Part shown: positions 12,417 through 23,400 of the stretch, in pieces | How positions within the stretch are numbered: the first letter of the stretch is position 1 | Layout of the letters: every line of letters begins with the position of its first letter | The notes under the pieces: model-generated | The model's database searches: none | What the model was told of the DNA's origin: nothing | The model's input: only the letters and a program-made list of their open reading frames with translations | Translations under genes and position numbers: made by a program | From: Schmidtea nova | Lineage: Eukaryota | Length of the DNA stretch: 63,468 nt | Direction of reading: 5' to 3' | NCBI GenBank assembly: GCA_044892505.1 | Contig: CM097883.1 | Location: 308,822,533-308,886,000 of the forward strand

Positions 12417-13793
12417 TTACGCCAACCATCCTTTTCTGTCTGTTTTCTCAGGCCTCTCCATCTCTATGTATAGCGTGTCTGCATATAGTCGCTCCCATAG
12501 GTTTTCTTGCCTTATAAACATTGGTTCTCCTGCTGCTAGTCCGCATTCTGTTGTTGGTTTTTCGCTCGTACTCGTATGTTTGTCTGTTTCAAAGAACTTT
12601 TCTACTGGTTTTCCCATACTTTTGATTCTTATAATGACTCCTACTTTCAAGGGCCATTCTATTAGGTCATCGTATTCTCCTTTACATAGTGAGAAGAATA
12701 TTGACACGTGTGTTCCTTGTCCTCTTCCGTCTCCATTTGGGTATACTTTCAATCTTATTTTAACCCCGTTTTTCCATAAATAAAATGGTGGGCTTATTAC
12801 TGCTGTTTTCGTCATATTTCTGGCTTCTGCTAATTTGTCTCTGAAATCAGTTACTTTCCATAGGTAAGGTGCGATTGGTAAGTCCCTTCTTTCGTCAATT
12901 TCTCGTATTAATTGATTATATTGTATTTTCATTCCTTTTCCTAATTCTTCTATGGCTATTATTTTCCTTTCCATTCTTTCGCGAGTTAGTTCAAACTGCT
13001 CTCTTGTTTCTAGTAGTAAACTCATCATTATTTTATGTGATTCTACTTCTTTTTCTAATTTCTGAATTGTCCGTTCCGTTTCTTTAGTCGTTTCGTTTGT
13101 CATTTCCACATGCGTTAGTGCTGCTTCTTCTAGGTGTTGTTTCATTGATTGCCGCGTCCGCTTTTCTTTGCATCCCTGTTTGTTATATGGGCATTCTCTT
13201 GGCCTTTCGGTACATAGTTTCCAATGTTCATGTAATTTTATTTCTTCTGTTATTTCACAATTGTTTGGACATTTACTTACATATTGTCCGCATACTTTCT
13301 CCTCTGTTATATTCAAGTGTTCTTCTTCGATTTTTCTCCTTGTTTCTCGGGCTTCACAATACTCGCATGCGATTTCTTCTTCTTTACATTCTTCCTTGTG
13401 TTGTTCTCTCTTCTTTAGAATTATTGTCTGTTGGCACTTCTCGCATTCGGTTCTTTTCTCCTCGCACTTTTCCATATGGTTTTCTAGATTACTTATTTGT
13501 CCTTGCCATGTACAAGGTGTATTTACGCACTCCGTTGTGGTGCTCATAATTTCTCTTTGGGTTGCTTTGTCCGTTCTGGTTTCGTCCAACGCTATTCCTC
13601 CTTCTTTACATTCTGGGCATGTTGTTATTCCTGTTACATCTAATTCTTGTATACATTTTGTACATATTCTACATCCACATATCGTTTGTCTGGGTTCTCG
13701 TAGTAAATTGTTACATTTTCCGCATGTGAGTCTCTTGCTCCATTTTCTGTTTTCTAGTCTCAAAATTTCGATTATTCGTTCTTCTCTGTCCAT
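12417..13793 (-). CDS. TRAF-family protein (RING, TRAF zinc fingers, coiled coil, MATH/TRAF-C domain)
   Basis: RING CGKCNNLLREPRQTICGCRICTKC...CPEC; zinc fingers CVNTPCTW...HMEKC and CPYNKQGC...H; MATH YLWKVTDF...SPPFY...LKVYPNGDGRGQGTHVSIFFSLCKGEYDDLIEWP (TRAF2/3/5-like). Confidence 0.93.
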   Translation of the reverse strand: MDREERIIEILRLENRKWSKRLTCGKCNNLLREPRQTICGCRICTKCIQELDVTGITTCPECKEGGIALDETRTDKATQREIMSTTTECVNTPCTWQGQISNLENHMEKCEEKRTECEKCQQTIILKKREQHKEECKEEEIACEYCEARETRRKIEEEHLNITEEKVCGQYVSKCPNNCEITEEIKLHEHWKLCTERPRECPYNKQGCKEKRTRQSMKQHLEEAALTHVEMTNETTKETERTIQKLEKEVESHKIMMSLLLETREQFELTRERMERKIIAIEELGKGMKIQYNQLIREIDERRDLPIAPYLWKVTDFRDKLAEARNMTKTAVISPPFYLWKNGVKIRLKVYPNGDGRGQGTHVSIFFSLCKGEYDDLIEWPLKVGVIIRIKSMGKPVEKFFETDKHTSTSEKPTTECGLAAGEPMFIRQENLWERLYADTLYIEMERPEKTDRKGWLA

Positions 13794-13885
13794 TTTCTAA
13801 AATAATATATACATTCGACTTGTCATTTATTTTTGGTTTTTCTTGTTTTTATTTTTACATATTTACAGTTTTCCGCTTTATTTAT

Positions 13886-14242
13886 CTATGGCTCATTCGT
13901 TGAATCTGGTTCCGCTTCGTTGGTTAATCTATTTATTACCCAACTCATCCATCCTTCTTCGGATCCTTCTCTTTCTCCTCGTGTTAAATGGTTTATTTCT
14001 ATTGCTTGTCTTTGATTGGTGTTGCTTATCGTTTGATTTTCTCTGGTGAGTTCAGTTATCGCTCTTTGTTGTTCCTCTATTCTGTGTAATTGTTCGAAAC
14101 AGTTGTTATAACTTTCTGATAATAACATTTGTCTTTCCGCTAATTGGTTCTGTAATGAGTTGACTGTTCGTACTAATAAATCACATTGTGCTTTCCATCT
14201 CATAGCCATAGTTATTTCAGTTGTTTCGTCCTGTTCGGTCAT
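13886..14242 (-). CDS. 118-aa coiled-coil protein of unknown function
   Basis: Intact ORF between longer cargo ORFs, acceptor-like tttAG three nt before the ATG. Confidence 0.65.
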   Translation of the reverse strand: MTEQDETTEITMAMRWKAQCDLLVRTVNSLQNQLAERQMLLSESYNNCFEQLHRIEEQQRAITELTRENQTISNTNQRQAIEINHLTRGEREGSEEGWMSWVINRLTNEAEPDSTNEP

Positions 14243-14290
14243 TTTCTAAATTATATACATCATTTACTTTGTTTTTCTAGCTTTTTACAA

Positions 14291-14322
<32 letters not shown>

Positions 14323-14389
14323 ATCGATACCCATACTATTACGGTAATGCTTTGTTATTTACACTATTATTTACAGTCATAATCCGCCC

Positions 14390-17300
14390 CTATACCATCA
14401 TTATCGTCTTTTCCTCGTATCGTTCGTCATCTTCTATTTGTTTCCAGAATTCTTTACCTTTCGTTCTTCTTTGGAATTCTTTCTGTATCTCTTCTGGTAT
14501 TTCTATTCTTTGTTTCATAATTTTAATATCTGGCCATTGTATGGCTGTCGCTTTGTTTCTCTTTCTGTATCTCCAATATATTATCATGCTTGTCGTCATT
14601 ATCCCATATGCTATTAATATTCCTATGCTAATTAATCCTATTACTGTTTTTCCACGGTTTGTTTCTCCTTTATTCTGGTTCGCTTTTATCTCATTTTGGG
14701 TTTGAGCCTCTGGCTTCCTCTCTTTCTGTATTTGATTCTTGACTTTGTTCATTACTTCTTGTGTAGACCAATGGCGGTTTAGTAGTTGTTTGACGTTATT
14801 TTCTTTTGTTCGGTTTTCCACGTTTCCTGGTTCGATCTGTTGTTGTAGTTTCTCTGAGATCTGATATAATCCGCATTCTGGTTTTTCTGAACCTTTTCTG
14901 GTGAAGGTACATATCGCGTATGTCCTATTTACTTCCATTTTCTTTAATTCGACTTTTTCTTTATTCTTTATTTCTTTACAGTGGGTTAGGTTGTCTTCTT
15001 CCCCTTCTGGGTTATGCTTTGTCCAACATATTCCTTTAACTGTCTGATCGAGTCCTGTTAATGTCAGAGTTCTTTCTGTCTTTGTTAATTCTTCTTCATC
15101 GAATTTCAGTATCTCTCCTTTTTGGAATGTCTTGCAATGCTCTATTCCCTCTTGGATTCCTCTCTCCCAGATACATATACTTCCTTCTTCATTCATTTGT
15201 ATTTCTTGTATTTCGATTTCCTTGTTTGTTCGTGATTCGTCGCTTGTCTGAACTTGGTATTCCTTCCTTGGTTCGTTGTATGTTCCCCAGCATAGTTTGT
15301 TGCTACTTGTTTTCCTTATTGTTATGGCCATTTGTTCTATTATTATTCCTTTATCGATACGTTTGGACATTGCTAGTATTAATGCAATGCATACGCACTC
15401 CTGTTGGGGTGATATTCTTTCTCTCGTTTTATTGGTGCTCCTCTCCCCTTCTCTTGGTTTGTTCGTTGTATTTTCCTTCTGAGTTGCTGGTCGATCTATT
15501 GTGTTTTTGATCTCTTTCTTTGTTGGTTTTACTTTGTACCACTCAAGTCTAGGTGTTTCATATTTTTGGCATACGACTGTCTTAGGTAGCCCTGACTTCT
15601 TTTCCTTTCCTATTATACATATCCGATGCATGATTCCTCTGTCCATCCCTTCTATTCGTACTATATCCTGGTTGGATTTTCTGACTATACATTTTAGTGG
15701 GTTATCTTTCCCAATTGGTTCATCCTCTCTATTCCAGCATATTTTCTCGACCTCCTGGACATTTACTATTTTTATCCCTGCTTGTAGGTTTGTTGCTTCT
15801 TCCCTATTGATTAATGTTAGTATTATTGTTAGACCCAACCATTTTGAACTCTGCGGTAGGCTTCTGGTTCGCCTTTCATATTTTTTCTCTTCTCCTTTAA
15901 TCTCTTTTATTTCCTTGTCTTTGTTGTTTATTCCTAGTTTTCCGCTTTTTGCTTCTTTCTTTTTTGGTTCTTCTCGTGCTTCTTCTTCTAGCATTTCCAC
16001 TCCATGGCTTGTACTGTCTCTATTTGTCCATTGGGTTACCGATTTCTTTGGGTTTATCTTGCGTATCCATATAGCTGATAACGCGATTATTACTGGTATG
16101 GTCGCTGTTAATATTCCTAAGCCGATTAGTTCTTTAATTTCTTTATTCTCGTCTGTTTGTATAGGTTCGCTTTGGTTGAACATTATTCCGTATTGTCCCT
16201 TTAGTTTTCTCATTAATTGTTCTCGTTCCTCTTGCTTTCTTTTGACTTCTTTGATAACTTCTTCGGGTGTCCATTTTGCTTGAGGGTCGGTTATTGTTTT
16301 TTCTGCGTCCATTTGTTCATTCGTTTGGCTTAGTTCCCTGAATTCGAGTTTCCTTGTTATTCCTTTTGATGTTGCGTTTACTGGTGTATAGTAGGTTTCG
16401 CATCTTTCTTGTTGGTTTTCTAGTGCGTCCGTTTTTTCTATTGTACATACTTCGTACTCGCTATTAAATTGTAGTCTTTCGATCTTGATTTCTTTATTTG
16501 TTTTTCTGCACTCTCTTGATTGTCTTCTTATATATTTCTGGACTAGTATCCAACATATCTCCAATGTTTTATTCTCTATTTTCCATAATGTCAGAGTTGC
16601 TGATGTCTTTTTCTCGGATTTTGTCGTAACTTCTTGGCTTATCGGTTGTTTATTGTTTTTAAAGGTAGTGGTGTACTTCGGTTTCCCTTTGTTTCGTTGT
16701 CTTCTTTTATTTTTTCGTGTTAACGTTTTAGTTCTTGTTCCGGAGGAAGTGGTGTATATTCCGCATTCAAGATCGTTTATCGTTATCTGATCATTTTTCT
16801 TTACCAGACATATTTCGTAAGTTTGTTTACTTTCTAAACCTTTTATTTGTATCGTCGTTGCTCCTGTACTTGTTCGACATTGTGGTGTCTTTCTTTCATT
16901 CGTCTCTTTTTCGTACTTCCTCCAGCATACTCCTTTCACATTTGGTTCTATTTCTTTTATTTCTAATGTTATGTTTATTTTCCGCTTGATTTGTTTATTT
17001 CTCTTCCTCGTTCTCCTTCCGAACTTTATTACTTCTCCGGGTTGAAATGTTTTACATTTTGTGGTACCTTTCTTGTTTGTCTCTTTTTCTAATAGGCATA
17101 GTTTGTACATCTTATCTGCTTTTACTTCGGATACTTTAATTACTTTGTTTGTTGTTGGTTTTCGACTTTTCCTTATTTCATTTACGCCGATTTCCTCGTT
17201 ATTCCTCGCCCAACATTTTATGTTAGTATTCTGTGTATCTTCTACTTCTGTTATTGTCATAGTTTCAATTTCTATTCCTTCCTCTAATCGTTTTATTATT

Positions 17301-17473
17301 ATTAGTATGAGTGCTAAGCATAATACTTCCATTTGGTAAGACACTCTTTCGGTTTCGTTTGTGGCAACTCTTGCTTCGGGTCTTTTTATTGTAATTCGTA
17401 TAGTTGGTGTTGTTTGCTTATCTATTACCTGGGGTTTTTTGTTTTCTGTTCCCTGTGTCTCTGTATGCAACAT
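14390..17473 (-). CDS. 1027-aa membrane protein with six Cys-containing FN3-like repeats and two TM anchors; probable frameshifted continuation of the polyprotein
   Basis: Repeated motif CW-x(n)-I.I.GL...Y.IC-x13-15-C. TM segments LIGLGILTATIPVIIALSAIWI (about 16064-16135) and VIGLISIGILIAYGIMTTSMIIYW (about 14573-14645). Overlaps the end of the 4633-aa ORF. Confidence 0.8.
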   Translation of the reverse strand: MLHTETQGTENKKPQVIDKQTTPTIRITIKRPEARVATNETERVSYQMEVLCLALILIIIKRLEEGIEIETMTITEVEDTQNTNIKCWARNNEEIGVNEIRKSRKPTTNKVIKVSEVKADKMYKLCLLEKETNKKGTTKCKTFQPGEVIKFGRRTRKRNKQIKRKINITLEIKEIEPNVKGVCWRKYEKETNERKTPQCRTSTGATTIQIKGLESKQTYEICLVKKNDQITINDLECGIYTTSSGTRTKTLTRKNKRRQRNKGKPKYTTTFKNNKQPISQEVTTKSEKKTSATLTLWKIENKTLEICWILVQKYIRRQSRECRKTNKEIKIERLQFNSEYEVCTIEKTDALENQQERCETYYTPVNATSKGITRKLEFRELSQTNEQMDAEKTITDPQAKWTPEEVIKEVKRKQEEREQLMRKLKGQYGIMFNQSEPIQTDENKEIKELIGLGILTATIPVIIALSAIWIRKINPKKSVTQWTNRDSTSHGVEMLEEEAREEPKKKEAKSGKLGINNKDKEIKEIKGEEKKYERRTRSLPQSSKWLGLTIILTLINREEATNLQAGIKIVNVQEVEKICWNREDEPIGKDNPLKCIVRKSNQDIVRIEGMDRGIMHRICIIGKEKKSGLPKTVVCQKYETPRLEWYKVKPTKKEIKNTIDRPATQKENTTNKPREGERSTNKTRERISPQQECVCIALILAMSKRIDKGIIIEQMAITIRKTSSNKLCWGTYNEPRKEYQVQTSDESRTNKEIEIQEIQMNEEGSICIWERGIQEGIEHCKTFQKGEILKFDEEELTKTERTLTLTGLDQTVKGICWTKHNPEGEEDNLTHCKEIKNKEKVELKKMEVNRTYAICTFTRKGSEKPECGLYQISEKLQQQIEPGNVENRTKENNVKQLLNRHWSTQEVMNKVKNQIQKERKPEAQTQNEIKANQNKGETNRGKTVIGLISIGILIAYGIMTTSMIIYWRYRKRNKATAIQWPDIKIMKQRIEIPEEIQKEFQRRTKGKEFWKQIEDDERYEEKTIMMV

Positions 17474-20400
17474 GCAATTGTGTTGTGTGATCTTGGATGC
17501 TTTTGTTTTCTAACGGTGCATATTTTGTACCAGGTATTTAGATCTAGGTCGTTGATCTCTATGATCTCTTGCTCGTGTTTTGAGATTCTGCAATCCATCG
17601 GGCTATTTTGTTCCGTGATTTTGTCCTTTTTTGACCAACATACTCGTTCGATTCCTTTCGCGTTTTTTATTTGTATTATTGCCCTTTCTTCACATGTCAT
17701 TCCTTGACTTGGATTAATTAACGTTATAATCATTGTTAGTAATAGTAATTCGGGTTTGAAGAATGGTTTTATGGTTGATTTATAACCTGTTCTTTGGGTG
17801 TCATTTTTATCTCCTTGGACGTTTTTTCCTTGTTCTCCATCTTCATCTCTTTGTTTTTCGTCTTCACTTTTCTTTTCTTCCTTGTCTCGTTTCTTGTCTT
17901 TTCTCTCGTTTTCCTCTTTATCGGGTGGTTCGTGATCGTTTGAATTTTCTGAGTTGTTACCGTCGTCACTATCTGTATTGTCATCTCCCCCTGGCTCGTC
18001 GAAAATGTCGTCCTCGACATTGATTTCTTCTATCAATTTTGCATATGCTAATGTCGTTAGATTACTTGCCTCAAATTCTTGTGTTTCTACCTGCTCCGGT
18101 ATTACTTTGTTTGTGGATTTATATTCTAAGATTTCCTTTTTGGCCTTGATCCAATTGTTGATGTATGTCTTCATCAATTCTTTCCATTTGCCTGTGTATT
18201 TTTCTTCTTTCGGGCTGGTTGTGATTCTTAGATCCTTTCTTTCCATAAACATCTTCAATATCTCTGGCCATTTATACGTTATTAAGGCACTTCTTATACA
18301 CCAGTTTTGGTTATGTTCTGTAAACTTATTAATCCTGAATGCTGGTTCGTTAGTATTAGGATTTATCCACGTAAGTATTGATTCTGTTAGTTCGACGTTG
18401 TTCATCATTGCTAGTACACTGGGTTTCTTGACCGAATCAGTTAGGTGATCTATTTCTTCCTGATTTGGGACGGTTTTAATGAAATTGACCATTTCCCAAT
18501 TGTGTGTTAATAATGCTACATCCAATATCGAATTATCTTTATCTGTCTTTCCAGTAAGTCCTGCACCTGCTTTGTATAGTTCTTCTAATACCTTTGTTTT
18601 CGTTTTGGCCCTTGCTGCAAATACCATAAGTGTATCTCCTTTCTCGTCTATCATATTCATATTGCTTCCGCAATTTAGCATTACTCTTGCAATTTCCATT
18701 ACTTTCCTATCTTTGCCATTTCGTAGAGCTCTATGTATGGGCATTATTCCGTCTTTTGGTAATAGGAATGTTACTGGCATCTCCTTTTTTATTATTACTA
18801 TGTCGTTACCATTGTATGTTCCTTTTGCGTATGCGTGTACTTTTTCAACTAATGCGCCGAGTATTTCCAGTGCATGTTTACTATTCTCGAATTCCGGTAA
18901 CAATTCTTTTGCTTTTTCTTGTATCGCATCTAGTCTAGCTTGGTATGGTGCTTCTGCTTTGAAGAGTGGTGTGAGTTTCTTGTTACTTTCTCTTTCTTTT
19001 TTCTCTAAAACCTGTTTGCATTTTTCGGGATGGTTTAAGATTTTTACTAGCTCCTCATATTCGCTTACTATCGTCTGGTATTTCTCGTTAAAATTGTTTA
19101 TGTCTTTGTATGTTATTAGTTTATCAAGTGGTTTCGCACACCATTTCCTAATCTTATTGAATAAGGCTTCCTTCTCTTTATCGAATTTGTATTCTTCTTC
19201 ATTCTTTGTGATGTTTATGTTTCCTCTGTCTAATAAGGTTAGTAATGTCTTCTGATCACAAGTAAATTTCAAAAGGTATCTTAACAGTGCGTTTTGTCCT
19301 TCGCTGTATACTTCGTTTATGTCTAAGACCCATGTATCATCTTCTGGTCGTTTCCATTTGATTAACTTACGGATCGTGTTGCATTTACCAATTTTGATTG
19401 CCTCTTTGATAATGTCTCTTTTAACTAGTTCGTCTATTTCCCAAGTGCAGTTAGCTATTATGTATTTCAGCATTGGTTGGTGAGAACTCCATATTACGTG
19501 ATTTAGCACTGTTTTGTCTTCTCTATCTCGTTCTGTCCAACTGAAATGAGCTTTTATCAATAGATCTATCATTTCTTTATCTGCTTGGTGGATTGCGGCT
19601 GTCATTAATGGAGTTTCTTGTTCCCGATTCCCTATGTCCAAGTTTTGGTTTGTTTCTTTTGCGATTTTTAGGAATTCTTTTGCTCTTTCCATGTTTTTAC
19701 ACTCTATCGCATTATGTAAGGCTGGTTGTCCTCCTACATCTTTCAATAAGAGTATTTCAGGGATTTTTTCCAATAATTCAGAAATAATTGGTTCGGTTGG
19801 TAATCCTTGTGCGTAACGGCTAATTATATGTCTAATATCCCTTGATATGCCTGCTTCGTCTTTAACATGCCATCTTCCCATTATCTCTCTCGCCTTCAAT
19901 ATGATTTCTTTATTTCTGATTTCTTTTTGCCTTATTTCTTCTTTGTCGTCTTCAGTTGCATTAGCTCTGAGCATGTTTATCCTGGCTGTTTGTGATCTGG
20001 TTATTATTCGATTTTCTGGTGTTGTAGTTATCGTTTTAGGCACCTTCTTACATCTGCAAGTGTTTACATATATGGGTCGTATTAACGGTCGATTTATTAG
20101 CTTAACTTTGACATTATTGTCCTTTTTGTATATAATTTCATACGGTCCTCTTCCAGGTCTTTGGAGTTTCTTAACTGTTCCTGGTATTATTTCGGGAGTT
20201 TCTATTATCACCCAATCTCCTGGTTTTAGATCGTTCGCTTTAACATTTTTCTTCTGGTCGTGTAAGTCCTTATAACTTTCCTGATAAAATTTGATGTTGA
20301 GTTCTGCCGTTTTCCATATTTCCTGCATTCTTTCTTTGAATTTGGTTACATAGTCGTCGTCTTCCATGTATTGCGATAATGGTGGTTGATACTCTAAATC

Positions 20401-23400
20401 TATGGGCATGTTGCATTCTCTTCCATACATAAGTTGAAACGGGCTTAGTTTTGTTGCTGCATGTATCGACATTCGGTATGCCATTAAACATAATTTTATA
20501 TATTCGTCCCAATCAGTCTGATGTCTGCTGACGTAATTTGATAACATTCTGATCAATGTACCATTGAATCGCTCCGTTTGTCCATTCGTTTGCGGGTGAT
20601 ATGGTGAAGTTCTCAATTTTGCTATTCTGAAATAGTTTGTCACCTCGTTCAATAACTCACTCATGAAGTTAGTTCCTTGGTCTGTGAGTATTTGTTTTGG
20701 AGTTCCGTATCTGCAACATATTTCTTCTACCAAAATTTTTGCTACGGTTTTTGCTTTTTGGTCTTGCATGGCAAATGCTTCTGGGAATTTTGTCAGATAA
20801 TCCGTTATTACCAATATATAAATATTTCCGTTTAGACTTTCCGGTAATGGTCCTATTACGTCCATTGCTATAGTTGTCATTGGCTCTGCTGGTATCGGCA
20901 TTGGTTGTAGCGGGTTCTTCCATTTCTTCCCACTATCCTTTCTGGTTGCACAAGTTAGACAATTTTTAATCCATTCCTTTATATCTTCTTCCATTGTTCG
21001 CCAATAATATTTTTGTCTCATACGGTTTATTGTCTTTTTCTCGGACATATGACCTCCTAATTTCCCATCATGGTATTGGATCATTATCTCTTTCCTTCTG
21101 TTTTCCGGTAAACACATCAATCTCTTTTCTCCGTCTTGTATTAACAACCATCCTTTATTTATTATGTAGCGATGTTGATATTTTCCTATATGTTCCTTTA
21201 ATTCCTTATTATCCTTGAATGCCTCCATATTTCGAGACGTTAGGAACTCTATGATCTGTCCCAATTCTTTGTCTTCCTGTTGATCTTTCTTTAACTCACT
21301 AAAATCTAAATCCTCCGCTATTAATACACAAATTCGTTGTACATCAGGATCGGTTAGTTCCGGAAATGTCAGTCTTGACATACAATCTGCATTCGCATTC
21401 GCTTTTCCTGATTTAAATTTTATGTCTGGTGAGTACTCCTGTAACTGCATCGCCCATCGCATTAATCTACTGGATGTTTCCTTGTGCTGTCCTAACCATA
21501 CAAGCGGTTGGTGATCTGTTGTTATGCAGATGATGTGACCCCATAATAAATATTTAAAATGTTTTATTGCTAGTATAATCGCTAATGCTTCCCGTTCTGT
21601 CACTGAATAATTTTTCTCATGCTTTTTGAATGTCCGGCTATAATATCCGATTACCCGTTCCTTTCCTTCGTCGTCGTATTGTCCTAATACGGCTCCTGCT
21701 GCATATCCGCTTGCATCTGTTGCAAGTAGGAATGGCTTCTTGAAGTCTGGGTGTACCAATATAGGTGCGGTTATCAGTTTATCTCTCAACGTTTCAAAGG
21801 CTGTTTGCTGTTCATCTCCCCATATGAATGATACATCTTTCTTTACCAGCTCCTGTATAGGTTTTGCTATTCCGGCGTAATCTTTTATAAACTTTCTATA
21901 ATATCCACATAGTCCGAGAAATTCTTGTATTTGGATTATTGTTTTTGGTACTGGACATTCTTTTACCTTGTCGATGTTTCTAGGATCCGGTTCTTTTCCT
22001 TTTGCTGACACTATATGTCCTAAAAATGTTACTTTCTCTTTAGCCCAATCACATTTGGATGGCTTGAGTTTTAACTTCCATTGTCTAAGTCTAACGAATA
22101 CATCTCGAATATCTTGTATGTGTTGTTCGAATGTACTAGAATAAATTAATAAATCGTCGATGTAGACCATGCACTGCTTTATTCCATGGGTGACGAAATT
22201 CATGCATCTCTGAAATGATGCTGGTGCGTTCGTTAATCCAAATGGCATCTTTCGAAATTGATATAGGTCTCTACCGATGGTAAAGGCAGTTTTCTCTTTA
22301 TCCTCTTCCTTCATTTTTATTTGCCAATATCCGCTTTTCAGATCTAACGACGTAAAATATGCTGCTCCTTGTAATGTTAGTAGCATCTCGTTGATGTCTG
22401 GTAATGGGTAAGTATCTCGTTTTGTCACTGTATTCAATCTTCGGTAATCTATACAGAATCTCTGTGTTCCGTCTTTCTTCTTCACCATTACCACTGGAAA
22501 TTGCCAGGGTGAACAACTTGGTTCGATTACTTCTGCATCCAACATTTTCTTCACTTCCGCTTCTGCTACTGCTTTCTGTGCTTCCGCTAATTTGTACGGC
22601 CTTAATGCAATTGGTGTTTCATCTGTTAATGGTATTGTATGTAGTGTGACATCACATGTTCCTAGATCTAAATCGGATGCTGCAAATATATCCTTATACT
22701 CTATCAGGAGTTTTTCTAATTGCTTCTTTTGATCCTCATTTAATAATTCACTATCAATATTCCAGGTTGGCTCTTTATCTTTCTCTGCCCCTTCTATTGG
22801 TAGTTCGATATCCATCATTGGGGTTAGTTTGCCTAATCTTTCGTTTTCGTATATTATTTTGTCCTCTTCATCGAAGTTTACTACGTTTATTGGGATTTCT
22901 CCATCGTCATTTATGTTGACTAGTCCTCTTGCCATTGGCAATGCTTTTCTTTTCTCGAATCTTTTACTTGGTTCGAAAATCATATCACCTTGGATTGTCG
23001 GATCTATTTTTACGTAACATATTTTCTCCTTTCTTGCGGGTATGATCATTTGCTTTGAACTTGTCACTTTGGCTTCTATTGCGCATATTTGTCCGGTGCG
23101 ATCTTTTAGTCTCATTGTTCCGAGATCGATTACAATCTCTTTAAATAACGCTGGCATCAAATCTGTTCCGATAATGCAAGGCACGCTTAATGCTGGTATA
23201 ACTGCTACGTACGTATCGATTTCCGTGTTTAAGTGGCGTATTTTTACCCACCATCTTCCTGCTACTTCTACAACTTCTTTGCTACATGCAATTACGTGGA
23301 CGTTTGTCCTTTCTATTTCTCGTCTTTGCTCTTGTGGTATCCATTTGATGTCGATGGCGGAAATGTTTGCTCCCGTGTCGATCATTGCTTCGATTTCCCT

